A stretch of DNA of 64,000 nt from Verrucomicrobiota bacterium (GCA_028872915.1 JAGWNY010000007.1:11820-75819), one strand, 5' to 3'. Positions 27,850 to 38,632 are shown, counted from the stretch's first letter. Notes: a model not told the origin generated them from the letters alone. Numbers and translations: made by a program.

Positions 27850-29889
27850 ATGAAAACGATTTTAATCCTCTCAGACCATCCGGATTTTGCCGAAACAATC
27901 CGGTCCACCCTGAATACAGACCATTATCGGGTGGTGCATCGGCTCAATGTGGACGACGCGGAACCGATTCTGGCGCATGGACTGGCGTCGGTGGCGATTT
28001 TGGACATAGATTTGGCCGGGGTGAGCGGGGTTTGGGTGATTGAGCGGCTGAGGCGCAGGGCTGCCAAATTGCCTTTAATCGCCTATACGAATGAAAGCCA
28101 GTCGGAATGGGAGGAAGAGGCTTTCTTGCAGGGGGTGACGCACGTGCTCCTTAAGCCGGTCCGCGGACGGCTGTTGAATTCCTTACTGGAACGGTTGTGG
28201 ATGACATCGGCGCCGAGGGCGATGCTGGCGCCTGCTCCGGTCCAGCAACCGTTGTTGCGGGCGCCTGAGTCGCCGCTGGTGGATCGGAACGTCAATGGGC
28301 CGCAAACACTGGAGATGCTGCGGGATTTTTCCTCCATCCTGACCCATTCGCTCGATGCGGAGCGGATGTTGAAACAATTTCTGATGTTTCTGCGGGAGGT
28401 ATTGAGCATCAACCGGGCGGCGATTTTTCTGAACCGACCGGCGGCGCCCCTCACGGAGGCCCTGTCGCCGGACAGCGGACGCCGGCTGCGGGCGGCTGCG
28501 GCAATCGGGCTTTCATCGGGATTGCTCGAACATTTTGAACTTTCGCTGGATTCGGGCATTGGGGGGCAACTGATGAAGTTGGGGCGGATTTTGCGGCGGG
28601 ACAATGAGGAGGCGCGTGTGGATGGCGAGACGCAGAAGGAGTTTGAATTGCTGAGCGCGCAAGTGGCGGTGCCGATTCCGGACCGGGAAGGGATCGTGGG
28701 CGTGGCAGTATTTGACGGACGGGTGACGGGCGAGCCTTTGGTGAACGCGGAACTGGAATTGATCTTTCACCTGCTCGAACAGGTGGGTTTGGCGCTTCGA
28801 AACATCTGGCTGCACGACCAACTTGCGGGGAATCACGAGATGATGACGGATGTGCTGCGTGAGTTGAGCAGCGCGTGTGTTGTGATTGGGCGTGATTTGA
28901 AATTGCTCCATGTCAACAAGGCCGCGCGGCGGCACTTTGGCCACCGGCTCAAAAATCGGGCGGGCGATCTGGAATTCAGCGACCTGCCACAGGCGCTGGG
29001 GGCGAAAATTTATACGGTGTTGAAGACCGGGGCAACCATCGGCCCGTTCCGATATCAGCCCGAGAATTCGCCGAACACCGTTTACTCCATCAGCATCGTG
29101 CCGTTCCAGCGAGGCGAATCGGCGGTGCCGGCGTCGGCCTTGTTGACGGCGGATGATTTGACGCAGACCGAGCAGTTGCAGCACCTCCAACTGGAGGCGG
29201 CGAATCTGAGATTGATCAAGTCCATGGCAGACCGGCTGGCGCACGAGATTGGAAACACCATGGTTCCGCTTTCCACCCACCAGCAATTGCTGGCTGAAAA
29301 GTTCGCCGACAAGGAATTTCGGGAATCGCTTGATCACGCCCTGGCCGATGGGGTGCGTCGGGTTTCGCGGTTGATCAATCAAATGCGGTTTTTGGCGCGG
29401 GGCGGGCGTTCGGAGCACGAAGCGATTCCGGTGCAACAGTTGATTGAAGAGGCTTATCACGAAGCGCTCAAACACCAACCTTCGGAATGGGCGCGGCTGA
29501 CGTACGAAAACGGCGGCCCGCCCATCGTCGTCATGGGCGAACGGGCCGCCCTCCGCCACGCGCTGGCTGAAGTGATGCTCAATGCGCTCCAGGCCAATCC
29601 AAAAGAACCGCTGGTGGCCGTGCGGGCGGGAACCGAAACCGCAGGAGGACACCATCATTTGAAGATCGAAGTGCAGGACAATGGCGCCGGTTTTACGCCT
29701 GAAGCGGCGGAAAAGGTTCCGGCCCCGTTTTTCACGACGCGGACGGTCGGACTCGGCCTGGGGCTGACAGTGTGCCGGCGGATTCTTGAATCGCACCGGG
29801 GGAAACTCGTCATTCCGCCGCCGCAGGAAGGTCGCCCGGGGATCGTCCAGATTTCGCTGCCGATGGAGATGGCGGGGGTTGTAGAATAG
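27850..29889 (+). CDS. Sensor histidine kinase with N-terminal receiver-like domain and GAF domain
   Basis: REC-like ILILSD...VAILDIDL...LLKPV. GAF-like LREVLSINRAAIFL...VAVPIPDREGIVGVAVFDG. H-box MADRLAHEIGNTMVPL. HATPase VQDNGAGFT...FFTTRTVGLGLGLTV. Confidence 0.8.
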   Translation: MKTILILSDHPDFAETIRSTLNTDHYRVVHRLNVDDAEPILAHGLASVAILDIDLAGVSGVWVIERLRRRAAKLPLIAYTNESQSEWEEEAFLQGVTHVLLKPVRGRLLNSLLERLWMTSAPRAMLAPAPVQQPLLRAPESPLVDRNVNGPQTLEMLRDFSSILTHSLDAERMLKQFLMFLREVLSINRAAIFLNRPAAPLTEALSPDSGRRLRAAAAIGLSSGLLEHFELSLDSGIGGQLMKLGRILRRDNEEARVDGETQKEFELLSAQVAVPIPDREGIVGVAVFDGRVTGEPLVNAELELIFHLLEQVGLALRNIWLHDQLAGNHEMMTDVLRELSSACVVIGRDLKLLHVNKAARRHFGHRLKNRAGDLEFSDLPQALGAKIYTVLKTGATIGPFRYQPENSPNTVYSISIVPFQRGESAVPASALLTADDLTQTEQLQHLQLEAANLRLIKSMADRLAHEIGNTMVPLSTHQQLLAEKFADKEFRESLDHALADGVRRVSRLINQMRFLARGGRSEHEAIPVQQLIEEAYHEALKHQPSEWARLTYENGGPPIVVMGERAALRHALAEVMLNALQANPKEPLVAVRAGTETAGGHHHLKIEVQDNGAGFTPEAAEKVPAPFFTTRTVGLGLGLTVCRRILESHRGKLVIPPPQEGRPGIVQISLPMEMAGVVE

Positions 29890-29921
29890 GAAGCGGGCGA
29901 ATCAATCAGGCTTCATCCCCA

Positions 29922-30155
29922 TTAAACGCCGTTATCGCCAATGGCTTCGACGGGACAGCCTTCCTTGGCTTCCTTGCAGCGCGCCTCTTCTTCCGGGGTG
30001 GCTGGTTGTTTATAGACAAAGGAATAACCGCCATCATCGTTGCGCTTAAAATTGTCGGGCGCCGTTTCGCGGCACAAATCGCAGTCAATACACTGGTTGT
30101 CCACGTAATATTTGCCGGCGACGTTTTCAGGATATTTGTTTGCAGCGTCTGCCAT
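29922..30155 (-). CDS. Small ferredoxin (single Fe-S cluster type)
   Basis: 77 aa with YYVDNQCIDCDLCRETAP...CKEAKEGCPVEAI, giving a CxxCxxC...CP cysteine pattern. Confidence 0.8.
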   Translation of the reverse strand: MADAANKYPENVAGKYYVDNQCIDCDLCRETAPDNFKRNDDGGYSFVYKQPATPEEEARCKEAKEGCPVEAIGDNGV

Positions 30156-30276
30156 AAGTTATCGAAAATTATGGACTCAACGGCGGGCAGGCGCAAGCAG
30201 TTTTGCTGAAGCGGAGGGAACCGCGGGCATCTTGAGACCTTTCCGTGGGACTCCAGGAATCGGAGCGCCGCCGGAA

Positions 30277-31566
30277 TCAGGCGGCTTCCTGATCCTGCTT
30301 GCGGCGGACGAGGGGCTTGCTTTCGCCGCGGGCAACGGCGGCGGTGATTTTTACTTGAACGATGTTTCCGCCCTCGGGGACGTCGAACATGAGGTCGAGC
30401 ATTAGCTTTTCGATCAGTCCGCGGAGGGCGCGCGCGCCGGTGCCCTTTTTCATGGCCTGGGCGGCGAGTTCATGGAGCGCATCGGGTGTAAACTCGAGTT
30501 CAACGCCTTCCATGGCCATGAGTTTGGCGAATTGTTTGGTGAGGGCGTTCTTGGTGTCGGCCAGGATGGAGACCAACTGGGGTTCGGTCAATTCGGCGAA
30601 CGTGGTGACGACGGGCAACCGGCCAACAAATTCGGGGATGAAACCGAAGTTCAGGAGGTCTTCCGGCTCGATGTGCTGAAGGATATGGTCGCGGGCGGCG
30701 GCGACGGAGAGGGGCGTTTCCATGGCCGTAAAGCCCATGACATGCCGGCCCAGGCGGCGTTGGATTGTTTTTTCAAGGCCAACGAACGCCCCGCCGCAGA
30801 TGAAGAGGATATTGGAGGTGTCCACGCGGATGTATTCCTGTTGGGGATGCTTGCGCCCGCCCTGGGGGGGGACGCTGCAAATGGTGCCTTCGAGTATCTT
30901 GAGCAGCGCCTGCTGAACGCCTTCGCCGCTGACGTCGCGCGTAATGGACGGGCCTTCGGCCTTGCGGGCAATTTTGTCAATTTCGTCAATATAAATGATC
31001 CCGCGCTGGGCGCGTTTGACGTCGTAGTCGGCGTTTTGGAGGAGGCGCAGGATGATGTTTTCGACGTCTTCACCGACGTAACCGGCCTCGGTCAAGGTGG
31101 TGGCGTCGGCGATGGCAAAGGGAACGTCAAGAATCCTGGCGAGTGTATGGGCCAGGAGGGTCTTTCCGGAGCCGGTGGGGCCAATCATCAGGATGTTGCT
31201 TTTTTCGATTTCGACATCGGCATGGGCGAGGGGCCGGCCGGTGAGATTCGGCTCGCCGGAATCGGGGGAGGGTTGGGGCTGGATTCGTTTGTAATGGTTG
31301 TGAACGGCGACGGCGAGGGTCTTTTTGGCGTGGTCCTGGCCGACGCAATAGAGGTCCAAGCGCCGTTTGATTTCCGCGGGCCGTGGAATGGCAAATTTGG
31401 GCAGTTTTTTCTGGTTTTGGAGCTGCAATTCGCGGTCGAGGACGTTTTTGCAGAGGATGACGCAGTTGTCGCAGATGTACACGCCCGGGCCGGCAATGAG
31501 CTTGCGGACTTCGGCGTGAGTTTTGCCGCAGAAGCTGCACATGGTGATGTTGGCGGGGCGTGCCAT
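30277..31566 (-). CDS. clpX: ATP-dependent Clp protease ATP-binding subunit ClpX
   Basis: Zinc-binding CSFCGK...CDNC, Walker [22 protein letters not shown] and [12 protein letters not shown], a canonical ClpX. Confidence 0.97.
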   Translation of the reverse strand: MARPANITMCSFCGKTHAEVRKLIAGPGVYICDNCVILCKNVLDRELQLQNQKKLPKFAIPRPAEIKRRLDLYCVGQDHAKKTLAVAVHNHYKRIQPQPSPDSGEPNLTGRPLAHADVEIEKSNILMIGPTGSGKTLLAHTLARILDVPFAIADATTLTEAGYVGEDVENIILRLLQNADYDVKRAQRGIIYIDEIDKIARKAEGPSITRDVSGEGVQQALLKILEGTICSVPPQGGRKHPQQEYIRVDTSNILFICGGAFVGLEKTIQRRLGRHVMGFTAMETPLSVAAARDHILQHIEPEDLLNFGFIPEFVGRLPVVTTFAELTEPQLVSILADTKNALTKQFAKLMAMEGVELEFTPDALHELAAQAMKKGTGARALRGLIEKLMLDLMFDVPEGGNIVQVKITAAVARGESKPLVRRKQDQEAA

Positions 31567-31608
31567 CGGAGATTTAAGAGAGGGAGTTCAAAATAGGAGG
31601 GTTTGGAG

Positions 31609-32238
31609 TCAGACGATTACGGATGTTTTTTCGACGGCGCCGGGAATTTCCTTCCTGGAGACGACGACGTGATCGAGCAGGCCGTAGTTTTTCGCCTCTT
31701 CGGAGGACATGAACCGGTCGCGGTCAGTGTCTTTTTCGATTTCATCGAGGGTGCGGCCGGAGTGTTTGGCCAGGATGGCGTTGAGACGGTCCTTGAGCCG
31801 TAAAATTTCCTTGGCCTGGATGCTGATGTCGGTGGCTTGTCCTTGGACGCCGCCCCAGGGCTGATGGATCATAATGCGGGCATTGGGGAGGGCATAGCGT
31901 TTGCCCTTGGTGCCGGCGGCCAGGAGCACCGAACCCATGCTCGCAGCCTGGCCGACGCAGTAGGTGTTTACGTCGCAGGTGAGGTATTGAATGGTGTCGT
32001 AGATGGCCAGGCCCGCGGTGACGCTGCCGCCCGGGGAATTGATGTAAAGGTGGACATCCTTTTTGGGATCGGACATTTGGAGAAACAGCAACTGGGCGAT
32101 GATAATGTTCGAAATCGTGTCGTCCACCGGCGTGCCCAGGAAAATGATGCGGTCAACCAGGAGGCGTGAATAAATGTCCCAACTTCGCTCACCGCGTCCG
32201 GTTTGCTCGACAACAATGGGAACAAGAAAATTTTGCAT
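31609..32238 (-). CDS. clpP: ATP-dependent Clp protease proteolytic subunit ClpP
   Basis: From the ATG at 32236-32238: [35 protein letters not shown]...GQAASMGS...MIHQP. The track ORF to 32472 adds 78 non-ClpP residues. Confidence 0.95.
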   Translation of the reverse strand: MQNFLVPIVVEQTGRGERSWDIYSRLLVDRIIFLGTPVDDTISNIIIAQLLFLQMSDPKKDVHLYINSPGGSVTAGLAIYDTIQYLTCDVNTYCVGQAASMGSVLLAAGTKGKRYALPNARIMIHQPWGGVQGQATDISIQAKEILRLKDRLNAILAKHSGRTLDEIEKDTDRDRFMSSEEAKNYGLLDHVVVSRKEIPGAVEKTSVIV

Positions 32239-32423
32239 ACTGGTTATAAATACTTCATTTACGGGCAAACGTAAAGGTTCAATCGGCAGGTGAATCAGTT
32301 TCCATGCCAATTTTTGGGAAAAACGAGGGCTGGGGAAGACGGGCTTGGCCGGGGCGGGCCGATGCGCAGCCTGCCGATTGTGGGTTAATCCGAAGAACAT
32401 GCAGGCCCGCCGCCCCACCGCGT

Positions 32424-33806
32424 TTATGCGCCGATTTGGTTTTGAATGGCGGCGCAGATTTGTTTTGACCATTTTTCCAGGACTGCCCGGTCGTTTCCCT
32501 CCAGCAGCAGGCGGGCTTTCGGCTCGGTGCCGGAATAACGCAGCAGAACGCGGCCACCGGCGGCGGTCAATTCGTTTTCAGCGGAGGCGACCAGTTTCAG
32601 GACACCGTCGAGATTTTCAAACGGTATTTTTTCGCGGACTTTGACGTTGGTGACGAGTTGGGGAAACCGGCTCCAACATTGCGCGAGGCGGGAGAGGGGC
32701 GCGTTTTTTTGGCGCATGATGCGAAGGATTTGAAGGGCGGAAACCAGGCCGTCGCCGGTGGTCGCATAATCGCGAAAGATCAGGTGGCCGCTTTGTTCGC
32801 CGCCAAAATTGAAGCCGCCTTTGAGCATTTCGTCTATCACGTTCTTGTCGCCAACGGCGGCGCGGATGACCGAACCGCCCCCCTTTTTTACGGCCGCGTC
32901 CAAGCCGGCATTGCTCATAACGGTGGCCACGAGGGTTTTGGCGGCAAGGGTCCCGCCGGCGAGCATGTCAAGGGCGGCAACGGCCATGATGTCGTCCCCG
33001 TCGGCCAGGCGTCCGTTTTCATCGCAGAGCAGGACGCGGTCGGCATCGCCGTCGTGGGCAATGCCGAGGTGCGCATTATGGGCGATGACCTCGCGGCAGA
33101 GATTTTCCGGGAACATGGAACCGCACTGTTCGTTGATGTTGGTTCCATCGGGCTGGTTTCCCAGCAGAATGACTTCCGCGCCAAGTTCGCGCAGGACGCA
33201 AGGGGTGGACTTATAGGCGGCGCCGTTGGCGCAATCCACGACAATGCGGAGGTTTTCCAGGGTGAGCTGTTTTGGGAAACCGGCCTTGGCGAACTCAATA
33301 TAGCGGCCCAAGGCGTCGTCAATGCGGATGGCCTTGCCGATTTCGCCTGGGGCGGGGCGGACGTTTTCGATTTGGCCGCTGAAGACGAGGTTTTCGATGC
33401 GGCTTTCGATCTGGTCGTCGAGTTTGTAACCATCGGCGCGAAAAAACTTGATGCCGTTGTCGGTATAAGGGTTGTGGGAGGCGGTAATGACGATGCCGGC
33501 ATCGGCGCGAAGGCTGCGAGTGATGTAGGCGACACCCGGAGTGGGCAGCGGCCCGATGAAGAGGACATCCACGCCCATGGATAGGATGCCCGAAGAAATT
33601 GCATTTTCGAGCATGTAACCGGAGAGGCGCGTGTCCTTGCCAATGACGATCTTATGTTTGCCGCGGTCGCGGGCCTGGGCGTTAAGGGTCTTGAACACGT
33701 GTGCGGCGGCGCGGCCGAGTTTGAGGGCGGTTTCGGCGGTGACGGGAGGGACATTGGCGGTGCCGCGAACGCCGTCGGTGCCAAAAATTTTGCGGGGAGG
33801 GATCAT
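32424..33806 (-). CDS. glmM: Phosphoglucosamine mutase
   Basis: [27 protein letters not shown] (active-site Ser), [10 protein letters not shown] and GGEQSGH. Confidence 0.95.
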   Translation of the reverse strand: MIPPRKIFGTDGVRGTANVPPVTAETALKLGRAAAHVFKTLNAQARDRGKHKIVIGKDTRLSGYMLENAISSGILSMGVDVLFIGPLPTPGVAYITRSLRADAGIVITASHNPYTDNGIKFFRADGYKLDDQIESRIENLVFSGQIENVRPAPGEIGKAIRIDDALGRYIEFAKAGFPKQLTLENLRIVVDCANGAAYKSTPCVLRELGAEVILLGNQPDGTNINEQCGSMFPENLCREVIAHNAHLGIAHDGDADRVLLCDENGRLADGDDIMAVAALDMLAGGTLAAKTLVATVMSNAGLDAAVKKGGGSVIRAAVGDKNVIDEMLKGGFNFGGEQSGHLIFRDYATTGDGLVSALQILRIMRQKNAPLSRLAQCWSRFPQLVTNVKVREKIPFENLDGVLKLVASAENELTAAGGRVLLRYSGTEPKARLLLEGNDRAVLEKWSKQICAAIQNQIGA

Positions 33807-34207
33807 GGTTTGGGAGAAACGGGAAGGACGGTGACGTCCACGGGTTCGATGCGCACCGGGGTGACCTGGAGAGGGACGGAGAGGCGCACGGTTTGCTGGG
33901 ATTCCTTGGTCAAGTCCGCACCGGTGAGGTCAACGAATGCGCGGAGTTGGTCTGATTGGAGTTTATCCATGATATTGGCGGGGCCTTCGACGGTGACGCT
34001 GACGAGGTCCGGCACGGTGCGCACGGATTGGACGGCGTTCGTGGAAAGGAGGTTGATGGGAAGGTCATGGTAGGTAATGGGGACGACGGAACTGGTCGTC
34101 GGACTGAATCCGGTATGGGACTTGTAAACGACCAGCCAAATGGCGGCGGCGAAGACGACGGAAAAAAATTTCCACCAAAAATCGGTTGTGTGCCAGGGGC
34201 GGATCAT
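33803..34207 (-). CDS. YbbR-domain protein (CdaR-like), single domain with an N-terminal TM anchor
   Basis: From the ATG at 34205-34207: the TM helix FWWKFFSVVFAAAIWLVVY, then VSVTVEGPANIMDKLQSDQLRAFVDLTGADL...QTVRLSVPLQVTPVRIEPVDVTV, a typical YbbR repeat. It sits between cdaA and glmM, and its stop overlaps the glmM start by 4 nt. Confidence 0.7.
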   Translation of the reverse strand: MIRPWHTTDFWWKFFSVVFAAAIWLVVYKSHTGFSPTTSSVVPITYHDLPINLLSTNAVQSVRTVPDLVSVTVEGPANIMDKLQSDQLRAFVDLTGADLTKESQQTVRLSVPLQVTPVRIEPVDVTVLPVSPKP

Positions 34208-34214
34208 CGGAAGG

Positions 34215-35075
34215 TCAGCCGTGTTTGGGCGAGGGGCCGGTTTCGCCGCGCGTGACGACGGGATGGCGGGGGCGGTTGTGTTCGCTCGACCATCGGCGGA
34301 ACCATTCGATGGAACCATGAGTTTTTGGGGGTTGCAGGATGACGGTGGTAAGGAAGGCGCGCATTTCTTCGAGGGTGACGCCCCGGACAAGTTGGCCTTT
34401 GTGCGCATGGGAGATGAGGCCGTTTTCCTCGGAGACGACCACGACCACGGCATCGGTTTCCTCGCTCAAGCCGATGGCGGCGCGGTGGCGGGTGCCCAGC
34501 GACTTGCTGAGGCCCTGCCGCTGGGTAAGCGGAAAAATACAGGCGGCGTGGGTAATGCGGTCGCCCTTGATGATGACGCCGCCGTCATGGATGGCGTTGT
34601 TGGGGAAAAAGATGGTTTCGAGCATCTCAGGAGTGGCTTCGCAATCCACGGGCACGCCGGACTCGACGGCGTCATGAAGTTGAATGGCTTGTTCAATGGC
34701 GATGAGCGCGCCAATCTTGGCTTCGGAGAGCCGTTCGCACGCTTTGATAATGACCTCAATGCTTTCGCGCTGCTCATGGGGTGTGACAAAGAGGGGAAGA
34801 TTCCCCAATTGCGCCAGGAGACGGCGAAGTTCGGGCTGGAAGATGATGGCGACGCCAATGGCCAGATAGGTGAGGAAGGTGCCCAACAACCATTTCAAGA
34901 CCTGCAATTTTAAGGCGTAGATGATCAACTCCAGGGCCAAAAGGACGACGACAAAGCCGACGACAATGGGCCATCCGCGCGTTCCGCGCAGGAAACGCGA
35001 GGCGTAATAGATGGCCACGGCCAGGATGAAAATTTCCAAGGCCGGCCGCCAGCTATCTTGAAGATAGTGCCACAT
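34215..35075 (-). CDS. cdaA: Diadenylate cyclase CdaA (membrane-bound DAC domain)
   Basis: Three N-terminal TM helices, then the DAC motifs GALIAIE, HDGGVII, LGTRHRAAIGLSEETDA and VVVSEENGLIS. Confidence 0.9.
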   Translation of the reverse strand: MWHYLQDSWRPALEIFILAVAIYYASRFLRGTRGWPIVVGFVVVLLALELIIYALKLQVLKWLLGTFLTYLAIGVAIIFQPELRRLLAQLGNLPLFVTPHEQRESIEVIIKACERLSEAKIGALIAIEQAIQLHDAVESGVPVDCEATPEMLETIFFPNNAIHDGGVIIKGDRITHAACIFPLTQRQGLSKSLGTRHRAAIGLSEETDAVVVVVSEENGLISHAHKGQLVRGVTLEEMRAFLTTVILQPPKTHGSIEWFRRWSSEHNRPRHPVVTRGETGPSPKHG

Positions 35076-35955
35076 TGTTTTTTTTCAAAATCGCCTCGGC
35101 GACGCGAATGGCTCGAACCGTTTCCGCGACATCGTGGGCGCGAACCATTTGCGCGCCGGCGTTGACTGCCAGAATCGCACAGGCCAGCGATTCCGGCAAA
35201 CGTTCGTTGATGGGCGCTCCGGTGAGCCGGCCAAGGAACGATTTGCGCGAGGCGCCCATCAGCACGGGCCGCCCCAACGTTGTAAAGTGGCCCACGGCGG
35301 CAAGCAACCGCAAATTTTGTTCCTGGCTTTTGCCGAAGCCCAAGCCGGGGTCCAATATCACATTGTCAGCAGGGGTGCCGAATTTGTTCAATTTTTTCAG
35401 GGATTTCGTGAAAAAATCCTTCACCTCACGAACGATATCGCCAGTCTTTGCGGCTTCATGGAGACTGGACGGGAGGAGTGTTCCGGCCCCGCCTGAAGCG
35501 TGCATGAGAACATAACCAGCCCCAAATTCGCCCACGGCGCGCCACATTTCATCGCCGGTTTGAAAGGCCGCCACGTCGTTCACAATATCGGCGCCGGCCT
35601 GGAGTGCGGCGCGGGCGACGCCCGGCTTGAAAGTGTCCACGGAAAGCAATGGAACGGGCTTGGCGCTCCTGCCGGAAGGGGCCTTGAAAATCGCGGCCAG
35701 TTTCTCGATGACAGGAATGACGCGCCGCAATTCCTCCTGTTCATCAACAGCCGTTGCGCCGGGTCGGGTGGATTGACCGCCGACATCCACGATTTCGGCG
35801 CCCTCTTCGGCCAGGCGGCGGGCATGGGCCACGGCGGCGTCCGGGCCGGCGAATTTTCCGCCGTCGGAAAAGGAGTCGGGCGTGACGTTGACGATTCCCA
35901 TGACCAAAGCCGGTCGGGGAAAACGAATTTCGGCATGTCGCGCTCGGAACAGCAT
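35053..35955 (-). CDS. folP: Dihydropteroate synthase
   Basis: VMGIVNVTPDSFSDGG, IVDVGGQSTRPG, LSVDT and GASRKSF. The 3' end overlaps the cdaA start by 23 nt. Confidence 0.93.
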   Translation of the reverse strand: MLFRARHAEIRFPRPALVMGIVNVTPDSFSDGGKFAGPDAAVAHARRLAEEGAEIVDVGGQSTRPGATAVDEQEELRRVIPVIEKLAAIFKAPSGRSAKPVPLLSVDTFKPGVARAALQAGADIVNDVAAFQTGDEMWRAVGEFGAGYVLMHASGGAGTLLPSSLHEAAKTGDIVREVKDFFTKSLKKLNKFGTPADNVILDPGLGFGKSQEQNLRLLAAVGHFTTLGRPVLMGASRKSFLGRLTGAPINERLPESLACAILAVNAGAQMVRAHDVAETVRAIRVAEAILKKNNVALSSR

Positions 35956-35967
35956 TGGGGCTGAGTT

Positions 35968-36867
35968 TTACTTTCCTTCCACGCCCTTCAAATACGCGAA
36001 AATCAATTCCGGCAATTCGCGGCTGTATCCCCCTTCGAGCAGGCTGAAAAACGGAACGTTCAAGGCGCGCAACGATTGGCCCAGCCAATGAAAATCATCG
36101 GCCAGCAGCGCTCCCGAGGCCAGCGGGTCGCGGACGTAGGCATCGAACCCGGCGGAAACGGCCACCAAATCCGGCCGAAAATTTTTCAAATCCTCCAGTG
36201 CGCGTGACAACCCGGCCCGATAGGCCTGCCGCGACGAACCGGGCGCAACGGTGTAATTGAAGCAATTGGCGCCGGCGTTGGCGGCGCCGGTGCCCGGATA
36301 GGCCGGGAACTGATGGACGGAAAACAACGCGATGCGGTCGCGATTGAGGAGGATGGCCTCGGTACCATTGCCATGATGCACGTCAAAATCAAAAACGGCG
36401 ACACGGCCGTGGGCGGCGTCGGCGGCTTCCAAAACAGCGATGGCCGCATTGTTCAGATAACAAAAGCCCATGGCGTTGTCGCGCGTGGCGTGGTGGCCGG
36501 GCGGACGCGCCAGGCTGAACGCCATTCGCCCCGCGCGGGCCAGTTCCAGCGCCTTGAGCGCCGCGCCCGCCGAAGCTCGGGCATAATCGGAAATGTTTTC
36601 GTAAGCGGGCGTATCGGCGTCGAAATCGGTTGGGTCCTTCAATCGCTTCAGCAGTTGAGGAGAATGGGCGCGCAGGATGGAAGCCTCGGAAGGTCGGAGC
36701 GGAGCAGTCCAATCCAACGCAAGTTCCGTTTGTTTTTTGAGAAGCTCAACGGTTTTGGACACGCGGGCGGGCCGTTCGGGATGGCCGAAGCGGGAATAGC
36801 CGTGGCACCGTGCGTCCGTGATGATGGTCACGGAATCATTCAAGCATGAAACGGCCGGGGCCGTCAC
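35968..36867 (-). CDS. Histone deacetylase / acetoin-utilization (AcuC) family deacetylase
   Basis: ARPPGHHA, GFCYLNNAAIAV, FDFDVHHGNGTE and LEGGY. GTG start at 36865-36867. Confidence 0.88.
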   Translation of the reverse strand: MTAPAVSCLNDSVTIITDARCHGYSRFGHPERPARVSKTVELLKKQTELALDWTAPLRPSEASILRAHSPQLLKRLKDPTDFDADTPAYENISDYARASAGAALKALELARAGRMAFSLARPPGHHATRDNAMGFCYLNNAAIAVLEAADAAHGRVAVFDFDVHHGNGTEAILLNRDRIALFSVHQFPAYPGTGAANAGANCFNYTVAPGSSRQAYRAGLSRALEDLKNFRPDLVAVSAGFDAYVRDPLASGALLADDFHWLGQSLRALNVPFFSLLEGGYSRELPELIFAYLKGVEGK

Positions 36868-36940
36868 TCAATTATTGAAGCGGTCGGTGGAGTAGAATGG
36901 ATGCTTCGGATCAAGCGCAAAACCGTCAGGCCGCTGCGGT

Positions 36941-38419
36941 TCAGAGCAGTTTGATTTGGGCGCGTTCCCGGGCGAGGGTTTCGGTGAGGCCGGCGACGCG
37001 ACCGGAGCGGCGCTCAATGATGTGCTTGTCCATGGAGGGGTCGAAGGGGACGGGATAGTTGCCGTCGTAGCAGGCCATGCAGAAGGATTCGCGAGGCAGG
37101 CCGGTGGCTTGGACCATGCCGTCCTGGGAGAGGTAATGGAGGGAATCGGCGTTGAGATACGCGCGGATTTCCTCCAGGGAATTGTTGGCGGCCATGAGCT
37201 TGCTGCGGTCGGGAAAGTCAATGCCATAGACACAGGGATTCATGTGCGGGGGACAACTGACGAGCACGTGGACGGCCCGGGCGCCCGCTTCCTTGAGGTT
37301 GTTGACCCGCGCCTTGCAGGTGGTGCCGCGCACGATGGAATCATCCACCACCACCACCCGCTTGTCCCGGACCAGATCGGCGATGAGGTTTAATTTGACC
37401 CGCACATTGAAATCGCGGATGAGCTGGGAGGGCTGCAAAAAGCTGCGTCCCACATAGTGATTGCGGACGAAAGCCATTTCGTACCGAATGCCCGATTCGA
37501 GGGAATAGCCCAGGGCGGCGCAATTGCCACTATCTGGGACGGGAACAACGACGTCGGCCTGGATGGGAAATTCGCGCGCCAGTTGGCGGCCCATCTCGAC
37601 ACGCACCTTGTAAACGTTGCGATTGGCGATGGTGCTGTCGGGGCGGGCGAAATAAACGTATTCAAAGATGCAAAACGCGCGGCGCTGCTGTTCGGGAAAG
37701 GCTTGGATGGATTGAAGGCCCTGTTCGTTGATGATCACGATTTCGCCCGGCTCGACGTCGCGGATGAATTTGGCGTGGATCAAATCCAGGGCGCATGTTT
37801 CGCTGGAGAGGACCCAGGCGTTGTCCAGCCTGCCGATGCACAGCGGCCGGAAGCCGAAGGGGTCGCGGGCGCCGATCAATTCCTTTTCCGTCATGATGAC
37901 CAGTGAATAGGCGCCTTCGATTTTTCGGAGGGAATGGACGAAGGGATTTTTGCTGCCGTTGGCGTCCGGCTGGGCCAGGAGATGGAGAATAATCTCGCTG
38001 TCCACGGTGGTTTGAAAGATGGAGCCGCGGGTTTCGAGTTCATCGCGCAGGCGGGCGGCGTTGGTGAGATTGCCGTTGTGGGCAATGGCAATCTGGCCGC
38101 GGGCGCAATCCACGGTGAGGGGTTGGGCGTTTTTCAGTTGTGAAGAGCCGGTGGTGGAATAACGGGTGTGGCCCACGGCGATGTTGCCCACCAGCCCGTG
38201 CAGGATGTCGCCATCAAAGACCTGTGAGACCAGGCCCATCCCGCGGTGCGCGCGGAAGGTCCGGCCGTCGCTGGCAACGATGCCGGCGCTTTCCTGGCCG
38301 CGATGTTGCAAGGCATAGAGGCCGTAATAGACGAGTTCGGCCGCGTTCGGATGGCCGAAAACGCCGAAAACGCCGCAATAATGTTTGGGATAAAATTGCA
38401 TTTCATCCGGGCCGCGCAA
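36941..38419 (-). CDS. purF: Amidophosphoribosyltransferase (with a short propeptide before the catalytic Cys)
   Basis: HYCGVFGVFG (N-terminal nucleophile Cys), LQHRGQESAGI, HTRYSTTG, VVVDDSIVRGTT, and Cys residues near the C-terminus. Alternative ATG at 38401. Confidence 0.95.
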   Translation of the reverse strand: MRGPDEMQFYPKHYCGVFGVFGHPNAAELVYYGLYALQHRGQESAGIVASDGRTFRAHRGMGLVSQVFDGDILHGLVGNIAVGHTRYSTTGSSQLKNAQPLTVDCARGQIAIAHNGNLTNAARLRDELETRGSIFQTTVDSEIILHLLAQPDANGSKNPFVHSLRKIEGAYSLVIMTEKELIGARDPFGFRPLCIGRLDNAWVLSSETCALDLIHAKFIRDVEPGEIVIINEQGLQSIQAFPEQQRRAFCIFEYVYFARPDSTIANRNVYKVRVEMGRQLAREFPIQADVVVPVPDSGNCAALGYSLESGIRYEMAFVRNHYVGRSFLQPSQLIRDFNVRVKLNLIADLVRDKRVVVVDDSIVRGTTCKARVNNLKEAGARAVHVLVSCPPHMNPCVYGIDFPDRSKLMAANNSLEEIRAYLNADSLHYLSQDGMVQATGLPRESFCMACYDGNYPVPFDPSMDKHIIERRSGRVAGLTETLARERAQIKLL

Positions 38420-38632
38420 ATGGATCGGTCGTCATTGCTCGATCTTTTTGCCCAAACGCCGGGTGAGGGCGCCCGGCCTGCCGCCATGTCCAAGAATCCG
38501 CGACGCAATTACTTCCCTCCCCACTGCCCGGGACCGATTCATAACGGGTTACACGCGCGCATTGTGGCAGAAAAAGACGGCGGACGCAACTAGATGCTCG
38601 ACTTTGAAGCGGGCAGGCTGAATTCTTTGAGG

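Noticed and set aside
29890-29921. Short GAAGC...GCTTC inverted repeat between the convergent kinase and ferredoxin genes, considered as a bidirectional terminator.
   Set aside because: The stem is only 5 bp, the loop is 15 nt and there is no U-tract.
32293-32310. TGGCATGGAAACTGAT on the minus strand upstream of clpP, considered as a sigma-54 (-24/-12) promoter.
   Set aside because: The -12 element reads CTGA rather than TTGC, and the GG-to-GC spacing and identity do not fit the consensus.
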